This document shows positions 13,607 through 26,490 of a DNA stretch of 64,000 nucleotides, in pieces. The notes under the pieces were generated by a model. It searched no databases. It saw nothing but the letters and a program-made list of their open reading frames with translations, and was not told where the DNA came from. Made by a program: the position numbers and the translations under genes. The first letter of the stretch is position 1; each line of letters opens with the position of its first letter. Source of the stretch: Lama glama (lineage: Eukaryota). The DNA lies in contig CM052816.1 in the NCBI GenBank assembly GCA_028534125.1, forward strand, positions 95,482,001-95,546,000, written 5' to 3'.

Positions 13607-14747
13607 GTGGGCCTTTTGAATGGCTTACAAATGCTGAAACTCTGAACACCAGTGTCTTCGTGTGATAAGAATCTCTTGTCCTCTCTCCTCTTACTCTCCT
13701 TTTTCCTACAGATTACTGTGGTTTTGGTGTTAGCCCCTCAGCTAGACTGTGAGCTAGTTCAGGGCTGGGTGGTCTTGTTCCTTGCGGGGTTCACGTGCTG
13801 GGCACCAAGTGCTCTACCTTCTTCCCCTTGTTTCATCCTCACAACAACCCCATGGTCCCCACTTTGCAGCGGAGGAGCCAAGGTTTGGAGAGGTGAAGGG
13901 TCACACACGGTTATGAGGCATGGTGCCAGAGTCCTGACCTTGGCAGCCTCTGTGCTGTAGTCATCATTAATCAGTTTCAAAATTAATTTCAAATCAGTTT
14001 CAACCTAAAAAACTTGAGATCCTATTAGGAATATATTCCAAATAAATAAATCTCAAGGGGAGGGTCTTTAAGGTACCACTCATACCCTCTGTAATCAGTT
14101 GTTTGGAGTTTGCTCACTTTATTCTGTATGTGTGGTAGGTAGCATTGAAATGATTATTTTATTTTTTTGTTCTTTGTTGATCTGCTTTAAAAATCTCCTT
14201 ATTACCACGATTATTTAAGATTTTTAGTAAAACCTGAATTTTGTCTCCTCTTTTACTTCAGAATTTGAATATATACAACTAGGGTATCGATGCCTGACCA
14301 ATTTTGGACTAGAATACTTTCATCCTGTTTGAAATAGGGTAATAGCTAGACATTTTCATGCTTATTTGTTTGTGGGGCTCTATTGGGAACCATAAAAATA
14401 TGGAATACGTGGTTCACATTTGTGTTAATGGATACTGCTTCATAAAATACCAAATAGATTTGAACAGGTTTTTTAAGGATGACTCCTAGAGAAAAAAAAT
14501 CATTGGAAAGAGAAGATTTTAGTCTTCCATCATTATTGGGTAATTTTCTATAAAACACTTTAATTTAGTTGATGAAATTTAGAACTTATTTTGGGATTAT
14601 ACATTTGTAATTTAGCCTGTAGTGAGCTAAACCATGCTTCTTTAAAAAGCATGAGTTTATTTGTCAATAAGAATTGTAGGAAAAAAACACTACTTTGGGT
14701 TTCAGCTTTGGGGCTATATGTATCTTTTCTGCTTACTCTCAATCCAG

Positions 14748-15034
14748 GGACACCCCCAGAAGCATTGAAAGAAAGGCAGTCGGGGTATGCTCTACCTGCA
14801 AGTCTTGAAGCCAACAGTCTGAAGAAAAGCAACTGGGGCTTCTTACTCACTGGCATCGTTGGCGGGACGCTGGTGGCCGTGTATGCTGTGGCCACACCGT
14901 TTATCACCCCAGCCCTCCGGCGCGTTTGTTTGCCTTTTGTACCTGCAACTACAAAGCAGATTGAAAACGTCATGAAAGCGCTGCGGTGCAGAAGAGGATC
15001 CCTGGTGGACGTCGGCAGCGGCGACGGGCGCATT
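14748..15034 (+). CDS. ATPSCKMT: ATPSCKMT exon 2 (287 nt): [95 protein letters not shown]
   Basis: cag|GG acceptor, ATT|gtgagt donor; transmembrane helix, pre-MTase LPFVPAT segment and SAM-binding motif I (VDVGSGDG). Confidence 0.96.
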
Positions 15035-17059
15035 GTGAGTTATGCTGAGACTGTTTTTTTAAAGGAAGAGATTTTCCATGGTTTATTAATTTTATTCCAA
15101 ATAGTGTAGTGTTTTGTTTTGCAACATTCTTGTAGTTTGTAATAGCTTCCATAACCTCATTCATCTGTTGAGGAAACCAGGTTGTATTTCTTTTGGTGAC
15201 TTTTCATCCCACGACTATTTTTAGTCATATCTTGTCAACAAGGTAGGGGAAACCAGAATAGAAAGTCATCCAAAATATATTGAGGTCTTAGTCAATTTAA
15301 GCTTAAGCCCAAAAAAGTTCCAAAGATGCAATGCTGGGAATTTCTTTCTTCACGTGTTCACACCATGGTGACCATGTTACTGGCAGCCCGGTGGCATTAG
15401 GTATAAATGGACTTCTAGGCTCTAAATTTTTTCTAAATTGGAATATGTTGGAATATATATGTGCATGTTAGAATATATATATATAATATACATTTATGCT
15501 GAGATATTTTGAGGTTTACGTTTTTAGGTTTCAAGGTTTAAAATTTCTGTTTCACATTTCTTATGAGGCTTGTGCAAAGACTTGCTAAATCTGACAGTTT
15601 AATAAAGTAGTCAGTTTGTTTCTTTGGCTGAACTATCAAGCCCTCCAGCAGGACTTTGGAATTTATTTTTTCTCAGATTTAATTTTTCTTAAAGGAGAAA
15701 GTGCTGTGTGGATCTACCAGGTAGAAAGGAAGAATAATTGGTAATTATGAGACTGTTGATTAAAAAACTTGGGCCAATAAAGGTGGCATATCCAGAGGAA
15801 ACAACATATTAAGTCATAGTTTGACTGTTTTATATGTTTTGTACCATAAATATTAGCTTCTAAATTTACCTGTATTTATATAAGTATGTCATGTATATAT
15901 AAAGTATTGTAATTTCTGTGGGGTAATCTAGAGTGAAGATAGGGAAGGGCCAATGCATTAACCCCCACTTTGACCCCAGCTGGGAGCCTATAAACAAAGA
16001 CTCACAGCCTCTGACTGGCCACCAGGGTCCCAGAGCAGGTTCCTCGCTGGGCAGGTGGCACCACCCTTAGACCTCCACCTGGAAGATGAGCGAAAAGTGA
16101 GGACAGCAGTAGTGAAGGCTCGCGTTCTGGAAACATTTCGTGTGAGACCAGCAGGGCACAGCACCTTTCACCAGCCCGCTGCAGACGTGGACCGTGCAGT
16201 CTCGTGGTGGTGACCCGGGATAATCAGGAAGAGATTAAAAAGCGACTTGTTTTTGCTCTTAAGAAACCAGGAGATGTGTATGTTAACAAGGAGGATGTTT
16301 TAAAATCCAGATGTGGATGCTTTACATCTCTGGATGGTAGCTTTATGATTTCTAAGAAAATAGTTCCCTTCTCAAAGGGACGATGCTACAGTTAATCGGG
16401 AAGTTGTGTAGATGGGACAGTTCCTTCAGGGGTGCTCGCTTGGAGAGTAGGGGCAGGACAGGCGAGCAGAGATCCTGGAGCAGCCCACCATCCCTGTCAC
16501 CTTGGGAGGTGAGATGACAGTGTGGTAGTTGACTTTATTCTGACCCGTTCCATCGTACCTGTACCTGTTGTCAAGTTGGAGTGAGCGGTCTTTAAATACT
16601 GAGAAATACGTAATTAATGGCAGGTTATTCACACACTGGTTGTTTTTTTATTACAATTACAACTGGTTCACAAAATGTCTTCCCAGGCACACTCGCTTCC
16701 TCTGAGGCTGTGTGTCCCAGTGGAGAGAGAACGCAGGTTTTCCGAAGCTTTTTGTTAGAGCTTCTGGGGGGTTGACCCATCCAGACTTAATTATGCAGTT
16801 GTCCAAAGCAAACCTGATCGTCTGTTCTGATGCTCAAGGTGAAATCTTTGACAAAAATGAGAAAACTGAACTTAAATGGACTGGCATTATCTTGTCCACA
16901 AAGCCAGGTGACTTGAGAGCTCCACCTTTAAATGATGTTTTGAACAAACACCTTCTGATTAGATATTTTCTGTTTACAGACCACAAATAGGGAGTTTTCA
17001 TATCACTTGACCATGTGAGTTGGTGTTTTTCTGATTTTGAGTACGGCCTCTCCCCACAG

Positions 17060-17197
17060 GTGATAGCAGCTGCAAAGGAGGGGTTCACTGCTGTCGGTTA
17101 TGAATTAAACCCGTGGCTGGTCTGGTACTCCAGGTACCGCGCGTGGCGAGAAGGCGTGCAGGGCTCCGCCAGGTTTTACATCTCGGACCTGTGGAAG
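17060..17197 (+). CDS. ATPSCKMT: ATPSCKMT exon 3 (138 nt): [46 protein letters not shown]
   Basis: cag|GTG acceptor, AAG|gtatgt donor; post-I motif GYELNPWL. Confidence 0.97.
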
Positions 17198-17561
17198 GTA
17201 TGTGAGGCAGAGAGTGGGCCTAGAAAGCTCCAACCCCCAAGCCTTTGTAATTCATAATTAGCATGACTGAAAACTGAATAACATATGAAAAGAAAAAGAT
17301 AATTAAATACAAGTGTATATTTCAGCACAGTGAAATGTGAACAGCTTTTAAATGGATAGATTTTACAAATCAACTCTACGTTAGAAACTTAAGGTTTGTA
17401 ACTTTTGGCTATGTGAATTCTAAGGATTTATTTGCTCAATTAAAAAAGTTCTCATTTCTATTTATTACACAGTGATAAGATTTTTATCTCATTTGAAAGT
17501 CTTATACATTGTAATATAGGCATTAACTTGCTAATGCCATTCCTGGTGAATAGTAGACTTT

Positions 17562-17656
17562 TGTGTGTACGTGTAAATATGTGTGTGAGTGTGTGAATGT
17601 GTGTATGTGTGTATGAATGTGTGTGAGTGAATGTGTATGTGTGTGTGTGTGTGTGT
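17562..17656. repeat. imperfect (TG)n microsatellite
   Basis: visible TG/TA/GA-interrupted run. Confidence 0.9.
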
Positions 17657-18508
17657 ATCTAGAGGGAGACAGAGATGAGTGCAGGAGGAAAGAAACCGTC
17701 CACCAACTAGGCTGTTGTGGTTCCTTCACATCCTCATAAAGTACGAGATGTTTCCAAGTTTATTTGTTCTCTAAAAAATGTTCTGTAATTTTGCTTTAGG
17801 AATGCTTCATAAAATGCTTTTTCTTAAATAAGAATTTCCCGTTGTAATATTGTCATCAGTAGCTTATAAAAATTCACTTGAGTTTGCCTGCATTGTTTTT
17901 TATTCCATATATACATAAACGATCTCTCTCTAGAGTAAATAAGACTTTTATTGGGTAATAAGAATTTTGACTGGCAAAGCACTTCCCCCCCCAGTTTTCC
18001 AACTAAAGACCATTTTATTGCAATTTTTACTTAGTATTTTAGAGGAGAGGAGGGGGACTAGAATTTTAAGGATGGCGCAACATAAAAAACAGGTGGTTCA
18101 GAAATCCCTTGAGTTCTCGCTGAGCTGGTGGTGTGTGCAGCAGTGTAGGAAGTGTGGACCCGCAGTGCGCATGGCCCGCGGCCTGATGGCCTTACCGCCC
18201 GCTGCCGCTGGATCAGTCGCTGCCTTTCTGATTGATGCTCCCCGGGGCGGGCCCTGCGTGGAGTGGCTGTGAGGATGAGATGGGATAACTTGTGAGGAAA
18301 CTTCTGGAAAACTGTGACAGACTGAACTCACACAGATGAAGGTGTGAACATGATGTTCTTTTCCTTGGGAAATCTTAAAAAGGGCCACTCTTTGTGAAAA
18401 CCTACCATTTGGTGAAAGGGAAAATTGCCCCTCATTTTGAAATAAAAGTCAAGCTCATGTTTGGCTTTCAAAAATTAATCCATGCATGGTTTTCTCCCTC
18501 CCCTTTAG

Positions 18509-18559
18509 GTTACTTTTTCTGAATACTCAAACGTCGTGATTTTTGGGGTACCGCAGATG
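18509..18559 (+). CDS. ATPSCKMT: ATPSCKMT exon 4 (51 nt): VTFSEYSNVVIFGVPQM
   Basis: ttttctccctcccctttag|GTT acceptor, ATG|gtgagt donor. Confidence 0.96.
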
Positions 18560-21311
18560 GTGAGTAGGCACCTTCCGTCCGCTGCTTGTTTGGGTTCGGT
18601 TGTGAGGGCACCTCCAGCCCTGACAGGCCGCCGCTCTCTCGCCTGCTCCCCCATGTGCGCAACGACAGCCTCCCGGAGATTCTGGGGGAACGTTGGACTT
18701 CAGATTATTGGTTTAACAAAATACCTCAGGGCCTTAAAAGTTTAATTGTAAAAGGTTCAGTCACATTGTAGAACTTTTGCTTCACATAGGTAGTCTCAAT
18801 TGGCTACCTAAGCCCTAAAAATTCCAGTCTGAAAACTGTCTTCTGAGCTCCTGGTGTCTCGGGTGGTTGGAGACTTTCCCGCACAGTCGCTCGCATCCTG
18901 TAGGAATCACTTGGGAAGGTTAATGGGATGTTCCCTTTGAAGTGGTCATTCCTCGGATTTTGCAGTGAGATGATTTTCAGGGTGGACGAGCGCTAACTAG
19001 TTTCAGTTGACCTCAGTTGACTGATTTGTGTTGAACTTTGATTCCGTACCTTCAAAAGTGAAAATGCCGCAGCGTCGTTCTGAAAATGGTCCTATATTCA
19101 GCCTTTGGAAAGATGACTGGAATGGGATGCTTTCGTTGTAATTGCTGGTTTACAGACCATGGAAGGAAATCCCCCTTCACTTTTCAAAGTCTGTAATTGT
19201 AACCATAATAATCTTGGCAAAATTGGATGTTTGCTGAAATGCCACTATATAACTGATATGGTTTTTTTATTTAAAAAAAAGAGAAATTTACTTTTTTATT
19301 GTTATGTTTTGTTACTCGTACTTGTCGAAGATGTCTCAGTACTTGAGAAATATATTCTTACTATTAGGACTTTCAATGCAATGCCATTTTCTTTCTTTTT
19401 TTTAAGTCTATTTAGGAATGCTTTTGTTAGATATTCTTGAATGTGACAGGATTCTGTACATTCATAATTCTCAGTAAGCCTAAAATTAAGATGAAACCTG
19501 GGTGTCTACACTTTTGTTATAGAAATTAAGAGAGATAGAAAGCCATCATCTCTGGTCATTAAAAAAAACCAATTTGGAATCATAGAATTGCTGTGGAGTT
19601 TGATGATTATTTACTACTTATTATGAAGTCTGGGCATTCTTTTGTAATAATTAGCATTTTAGGGCAAGTAACTTTAATTAGAAACCCATGTTTTATAAAA
19701 ATAGAAAGTTGGTATTTATTCCAGCTGTCTGGAGGGTGGGTGTCTGTGCGAGGCTGCAGCAGCTCTGCCCCAGCAGGGGGCAGCTGTGGTCTTTGCTGAG
19801 ACCCAGGTCCTTGAGCTTCTAAGCAGTCTGAAGTATAGTCAGTTCGTGGCACTGTTCGCTCTAGGGAAATAAGTGTCCTGTGATTTTGATGAATGCTTTT
19901 GTGATCGTTGTCCATTCCTCTGCACACAGAGGCATCTAAATAAGGAACTTGCAGCATTTCGCTGTTTCCAGCAAGAAGGGAAGCAGCTGAAATACACAGA
20001 GCACCCGCGTTCTCAGAATAAGAGGGGTTCAGCCAACTTGGAGTTTTCCACGCTGGTGGATGGATCGGGGCGGGGATGGCCCAGATGGCTTCTGTTGGTC
20101 TGGAAGAGGCCAGGTTTCATGGATGGGGAGCCTGCCTTCCCCCTCATCAAGCTTCGCCTGCGTGGAGGCAGGGAGGGGAGAGAAGGTGCTGTCTGGGGGG
20201 TGAGGGGTCGAGTCTGCCCTCGGCGGGTTGCACGAGTCCTGGGAAGTCCTTTAGCCTGTCTGGGTGCAGTCCTGTGGTCTCCTGTTACGACTCCTGGCCC
20301 TTCTCCGAGCACTGGCCAGTATTCCGGCAGCGGCGGGGTGGCAAGAACCATTTCCCGCAGCAGCTGGAGCACACGCAGGCCGTGGGGGAGCCCAGGGGCA
20401 CTCAGGGAACTTCAGCGGTAGAGACCCTGGTGTTGTCAGTCCTCTCTCTGCTTCTGGTACTGGGTTCCTGACTCCTAACAGCTCTGTGCAGGGATAGCTC
20501 GGAACTAGAGCTGCCCTAGCATTTCAGACAGGTGTGTGTCCAGTGGGGGAGGAATCAGGAGTCCCGCTTGGACCTGGTTGGTCTAGGGCGAGGATGGCAA
20601 ATGTCCACATTGAACACGAGCCTGTGCACCAAGAATGTCTTTTCAGGGTGTGGGACAGATGAGTTGTGTCCTCATTTAGGACCCCTCTGACCTCTTGCTG
20701 CTATAGTGCAGGGAGGTTGCTCCCAGCCCTTGCCATGGCCCTGAGCGGCCCTGCTTCGCTCAGCTGTCTGCGCACCAGCTCTGTCCTCTCCGCCCCTGGA
20801 CTGCACCGCGTGGGGCCGCGCCCTTCCCTGCGACCTCGGTCCCCCAGCTCTCGGCCTGGTTAGTGAAATCTTGACCACTCCCAGGTCAGGTGTCTCTTCC
20901 TCTGAGAAGCTGTCCCTGATTGCCCCGTGAGACAAGCCCCAATAGCCCGAGCCCGTCCCCTTCTCTGGGGATGAGTGACTGCACTTCTCCTTGTGTGATG
21001 GCTTTGGTGGCGTCTGCCGTGTACGCTGCACTGTGAGCTCAACAATGAGGGCACACCCGTCGTCTCTGCAGCCAGGCCTGCGGCTCGGCATGCCCAGCAG
21101 AGTGATGGCCCAGGAAGTATTTGTTAGTGAGTGAGCTAGTGCGGCATAAGCGTACCCGTTAAGTGCACTGTTCCCAGTGGGGAACTAAGTTTCATAACTT
21201 CAGAGAATGACTGATTTCATTTTCGTTACAAATCCTGTTATGAATTGATGAACAGAAACATTACCGTCATGGGCTGATAAAGAAACATGACTCATAACCA
21301 AATCACTTATC

Positions 21312-22490
21312 CTTCCTTCATTTATTCAACAAGTGTTTTTTCAGGGCCCACTAAGTGCCAGACCCTGTTCTAATCAGTTGGAATACATTAGTGAATAAAA
21401 GAAAAAGCCCCTGCCCTGAGGTACTTAATGCTAGTGGGGAGAGCAGACATTAAATGAGATATCTGTGTAAATTACATCATACAGTGAAAGGGGCTGAGTG
21501 CTGTGGGGCCAACTAAAGCCAGAGCGGGATGGGGCAGAGACAGTGTCCCTGAGAAGGAGACATGTGGAGGTGAGGGAGGGAGCTGTGTTGGGCAGAGTGG
21601 TCCAGGCAGGGGAACAGCCACTGCAAAGGCAGAGGTGCTGAGGGTTTCCAGAGCAGCAAGGAGGTGGGCATGGTGGGAGCGGGTTGAGGAGGAGAGTGGA
21701 GGAGAGCTGACATCAGAGAGGAAATAGGGCTGGGCGGGAAGGACACTGTGTCCCTGTGAGGTGGGAGCCCTTGTACTTGGGGCAGAGGAGTGGGGGACCC
21801 AGCTGGACGGGGAAGGCTTCCAGGCTGCTGTGTTGAGAGGAGGTGGGTGGAGTAGGGTGGGAGGGTCGGGGAGGGAGAGGGGGTAGAAGATGGGATGGAG
21901 CTCTTGCAGGCATACAGGCCATCGGTGTGGGAGGTTTGCCTCAGGCTGGAGAAGCTGGTGAGAAGTGATCAAATTCTGGAGGCATCATGAAGAGGGAACC
22001 AACACGGTGAGCCGCAGATCCAGTGTCGGCAGGAGAGGAAGAGGAGCCCAGGGCACCCCAGAGTGTTTGGCTTGAGCTGCTGGAAGTTGGGAGCTGCCGC
22101 TGCTGAGCTGGGGAAGCTGCAGGCAGAGCCGCCTAGGGGAAGATGAGGAATTCCACTGGCATGTGAATTCTGAGGCTTGTGGACGTGTCAGGTTGGAGGT
22201 GGTGGACTGAGGGAGTCTGGGGCTCAGGAGGGAGGGCGGGCGGGCGCAGGTGGAGTTTTTGGGCATCAGTGCCCAAGTTGAAGTCGAGGAGTGGCTGAGG
22301 TCACCTGGGGAGGGAGCGAGATGGGCTCCGGCCTCCAGCAAATGAGGGGCCCCCCAGCAGAGAACTCTGAGAGGAGGAGCTGGGGAGAAGGAAAGTGGGG
22401 TTTGGGTGGGGGTTACCCCACGAGCTGAGTGAAGCCAGTGTCTGGGGGAGGGGGTGATCCAGTGGCCCCAAGCTGCTGATGGGCATGGCT
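21312..22490 (-). mobile_element. L2 LINE 3' portion
   Basis: ttcatttattcaacaagtg...gtgccagaccctgttct...gggaacagccactgcaaaggcagaggtg...gagtgtttggcttgagc typical of antisense L2. Confidence 0.75.
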
Positions 22491-23199
22491 AGTCTGTCTT
22501 ATGCCTTTGAGCTGGTTTCAACGTCTATTTAAAAGCTTTGAAGATGTAATTAGAATGTGATGAGTTCAGTCACTTTGAAACATATAATTGTATGAATAAT
22601 TTTGAATTTCATTAGGCAGACATGACACATCACTGCTTCTCTTTGTGTATAATATCAAGACCCAGGCTTGTTGCATATTTATGTGTAGTCAGTTAATTTC
22701 TTATGATTGAAATAGCATCTTTCATTTGTAGGTTTATCTTGACTTAGCATATGACAGTCATTAGGAAATAAAAGATCTGAAAAAGAGAAAAGAATGGTAA
22801 TATGAATAAGTTTACAATTACCCTTCTTATGAGCCAAATTACTGTAAGGAACCTGTGATATTTTGGGAAAACATATACTGTTTCATTCTTCGCTTATTTA
22901 ATTTTTCCCTCAAGGAGCAAAACTTTACCTTTTTTAAAAATAGTAATCTTTTACCAGCTGTTAAAAGAAAGGAATATTCCATCCTTAATGGAATTTATTC
23001 TTTGTCATCTTGGTATTGATTCTAACGAAGAAGCAGAATTTTGGCTCATTCCAGCCAAAGGTCATGTAGAGGAGTTTTTCTAAACCACTTTTCAAAGATG
23101 CAGGTGAGGAGTAAAATCTTCATAAAAGCACTATTGGTTTGTTCACCTTGATTTAACTGATTACTTTTAAAGGGGGTAGGTTTTGCTCAGATCTTGGCT

Positions 23200-24360
23200 T
23201 CTAAATATCATTTCTCGCTCAGAGGAACCAGGAATGTTTGAGAAATGACTTATCTGGGGCCGAGGAAGGGAAGATTCAAAAGCCTGGAACGACTTGTTGA
23301 GCCCACATTTAAGGAAGTGCTCAGAATGTTTGATGGGGCACATACACAGGAGAGAGAAGCCAGCCTGTGGAGGCTCCCAGCGGCCAAACCGGGCAATTAG
23401 AGTGTGAGAAGAAAGATGGACAATCATGGATTATAATCCATTGAATGAAATAAGTCTCCAGGAGTTCACACTTCCAGTGGTAGAGACGGAAAGTGCTTCC
23501 TTGAAGCTGAATGCTGACCACCAGTCTAGAAGGAATGATGGAAGTAGCGAATTGCCACATTGCAATGCTTATTGTAAAAATCGAGTCCAGCAGAGCGACC
23601 AAGAATGCTACTTCTAGTGGGGAGACAGTTTGCTGAGTAACAGGATTGTTTACATCTTCTCAAGCTCTCTCCCCACAATTACTTGTTCATTATAAAGGAG
23701 AAATGTAACCACATTGTGGAGAGACCAGATCCCCTTTAACCAAGTGGTACATCCCCCTCAAAGCAGAAAACCCCATGGGGCTCAGGACTGTGGAGCCCTG
23801 CGAAGTCCCCGGCCCACTGCTGGGGGTTACCGGAGACGCACAAGCCGAGTCCTCGTGACGAGACATCAGCGAGACCCCTGGTAAAGTAGCTGGCCTGTGT
23901 TCTTAAAGGATGTTCTTGTCATGAGAGACAAAGAAGGATCGAAGAACTGTTCCAGATTGAAGGAGACGGAGGAAACATTACAGCTAAATGCAGTGTGGGA
24001 TTCTGATCTGGGGGACAATGGAAAGAACATTACTGGGACATTTGACTGAAGTGGGATGCTGCTGGAATTTTTGTTGTTGGAATACAGTATTAAATTTCCT
24101 GAATTTGATTTGGTTGATACGGTTGTGCTGGGGCTCTTTCTTAGAAAACACTGAAGTACTAAGGAGTAAAAGGGGCATGTTGTATGCAGTCTATTCTTAG
24201 ATGGTTTAGAAAAAATATTCTTAGAGGAGGAGAGCGAGTTAGATAAAGCAAGTGTGACAAACTTAAAAAAATTTGTGAACGTGGGTAGAGGAATATGGGA
24301 ATTATTTGCTCTATTCTTGCAACTTTTCTGTAAATTTGAAACTATTTCAAAACAACAAAG
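23200..24360 (+). mobile_element. old L1 (L1MC/ME-like) 3' end
   Basis: gaactgttccagattgaaggagac...taaatgcagtgtgggattctgatctgg...ttcttgcaacttttctgtaaatttgaaactatttcaaaa. Confidence 0.7.
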
Positions 24361-24670
24361 GAAGGAAGTAGAAAAATATTTTTAGGAGGTAAAGGTAGTA
24401 ATATGTTTTTAGGACCGGAAGATAAAATTTTAAGCAGCTGTTAATTTGCCGATGTAATTACAGTATCAATACTTTTAGCGAAAAGTAAAACTCTTCATGG
24501 GTAGATGGGTAATAAAATTATGCAAAAGTGATAAATAAGAGGATTTTACTTTTTATGTCATGTTGACTGTCAGATTAATTATCAGTATATTCTGGATATG
24601 CTTTTAAAAAGCTATGAAACATTTTATGTTTCAAGGTGGTAGAAGTGTATGTTTTTCATGGTCTAATTAT

Positions 24671-24835
24671 ACCGTATTTAATTGACTCTAGGTGCTAGTG
24701 ATTTTAAGATGTACCATTGTAATTGGGAAAGAAACATTGCCAATTATAGTTCTAAGACCATGTCAGTTGTAAGATGTATCCCGATTTCAGGGATATTAAG
24801 AATGTGGACAAATCTGTGTTAGGGAGTTGAGGCGG
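24671..24835. mobile_element. MER104-like TcMar DNA transposon fossil (related piece at ~26042-26235)
   Basis: ta|ccgtatttaattgactcta...gttgtaagatgtatcccgatttcagggatatt. Confidence 0.5.
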
Positions 24836-25145
24836 GGGAGACTGAAGTGTTTAGTTTGGTAAGTAAGGCAAAACTGCGCCTCATTTTAATGACTGCCACA
24901 TCATGACTTTAGTCAGAAAACCGGAAATGTGACACACCCCTGCTGAGAATGGCGCACTTTATAATTGATACCAGAAGGTATTCTTGTAACTGTGGTTCAC
25001 GTGACTTCTGTATCTTAATGGATTGTGTGATGATGTGTTTGTGCCCTGGGGTGGTCTTTTTACAGTCAGTGGCTCTGCAGGTATTCTCAGGGCCCCCTTG
25101 CCTCCGACTGCCCGCTCACCGAGGTGCTGCTGTCGCTCCCCGCAG

Positions 25146-25373
25146 ATGCCGCAGCTGGAGAGGAAGCTCGAGCTGGAACTCCAGGACCACGCTAGAGTCA
25201 TCGCCTGCCGGTTCCCCTTCCCGCACTGGAGCCCGGCCCAGGTCACCGGGGAGGGGGGTGACACCGTGTGGGCCTACGACGCCAGCTCTTTCCGGGCCAT
25301 GGAGAGAGGCCCTGAGGGTCGGTGTGCTTCAGTCGGTCACTCACGTAGAGACTTTATCGAGGAGGGTTTCTGA
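25146..25373 (+). CDS. ATPSCKMT: ATPSCKMT exon 5 (last coding, 228 nt): MPQLERKLELELQDHARVIACRFPFPHWSPAQVTGEGGDTVWAYDASSFRAMERGPEGRCASVGHSRRDFIEEGF*
   Basis: cgcag|ATG acceptor; ARVIACRFPFPHW and DTVWAYD motifs; stop position uncertain because of a possible frameshift at 25294-25296. Confidence 0.92.
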   Translation: MPQLERKLELELQDHARVIACRFPFPHWSPAQVTGEGGDTVWAYDASSFRAMERGPEGRCASVGHSRRDFIEEGF

Positions 25374-25486
25374 AGCGTTGGGGTCTTTGATTTTATAGAG
25401 ACTTAAGGCTGTGTCTTCAGCAAAGCATGTGTTTTTCCTTGCTGTGGAATGAGAAATTCTGATTGCTTTCCTTAACTTTTGGAGAC

Positions 25487-25492
25487 AATAAA
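25487..25492 (+). terminator. ATPSCKMT: candidate ATPSCKMT polyadenylation signal AATAAA (second candidate 26089-26094)
   Basis: first canonical hexamer after the stop codon. Confidence 0.45.
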
Positions 25493-25848
25493 CAGAAGTA
25501 AAAAACAGCAGGGAGATTTAAAGCCCCACTGTGCTGCGTTCTGACAGACGTGCGTACGTGTTGGGAGCCCGCGGATGTGTGGAGGTACCAGTGAGCGGCG
25601 GTCATGTCCATGGGTGGGAGGGACGTCAGCCGCCCTTCACATTGTGAAGAATACGATTTGATGCCAAGATGAGAAGAGACAGATTTAAAGAGGGAATGCT
25701 TTTGTGCATGTTTGCAGCTTCCTGAAACTTTATTCATGCTTAAGATTTCTCTTTCTTTTCTGGACTTCATGGCAAAATTAATTTTCTAAAGGAGTTAGAG
25801 ACACAGTTATAACATTTATTAGGAATAATTTGTTCTGAGGCTAGTGGA

Positions 25849-26037
25849 TTATTTTATTTTATTTTATTTTACTTTGTTTTGTTTTATTTTATTTGTTGTT
25901 TTGCTTTTTGGGAGGTGGGAAAGGAGGAAGTAATTTGGTTTATTTGCTTATTTTTAATGGCGGTACTGGGGATTGAATCCAGGACCGTGTGCATGCTAAG
26001 CATGCACTTTTACCGCTGAGCTCTACCCTCTCCCCCG
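25849..26037 (-). mobile_element. Vic-1-type SINE with (TTTTA)n tail
   Basis: ggtactggggattgaatccaggaccgtgtgcatgctaagcatgcacttttaccgctgagctctaccctctccccc. Confidence 0.85.
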
Positions 26038-26269
26038 ATGACTGTATTTTATTGAATCTAAGACATAGAGTTTGTGTAAATGTGTGGGAATAAACAGACA
26101 CATTTTAACATTTCTGACACTGCGAGCTGCCTTCCAGCTGATGGTGTTTTATGACTGGAATTGGCAGTGCCGTGCCTCATGATGTCCTAGCACATCAGCC
26201 GCCGTTGGTGGACCTCAGATCTGATGAACTGTGGTATTCAGAGAAGATGCATGGTGCAGTGGAGTAGTT

Positions 26270-26490
26270 GGTATTGATTTAATAGTTAAACAGTCATGAG
26301 CTTTGGAGTAAGCCAGACCTGGGTTCACATCCCTACAGGAGGCTTTGGGCCAGTGGCTGACCCTCTCGAAGCCTTAGTTTCCTGAGCCTTCCTGTCACTG
26401 GGGTAATGAGACACTAAACAGGGGGCTGGGGACTGATTTGTAAAACTCACGGCACGAAGTCCTTGGTCTGTAAGCTGTGTTTATTATTTC
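26270..26490 (+). mobile_element. MIR SINE
   Basis: gctttggagtaagccagacctgggttcacatccc...ctttgggccagtggctgaccctctcgaagccttagtttcc. Confidence 0.7.

Noticed and set aside
14591..14747. ORF extending upstream of ATPSCKMT exon 2 as an alternative N-terminus
   Set aside because: Intronic read-through; a canonical acceptor at 14747 and a phase-compatible 16-nt exon 1 explain the gene.
15948..16035. CCAAT, TATAAA and a partial CTCF-like motif in ATPSCKMT intron 2
   Set aside because: Short motifs expected by chance; no CpG island, ORF or LTR termini to support a promoter.
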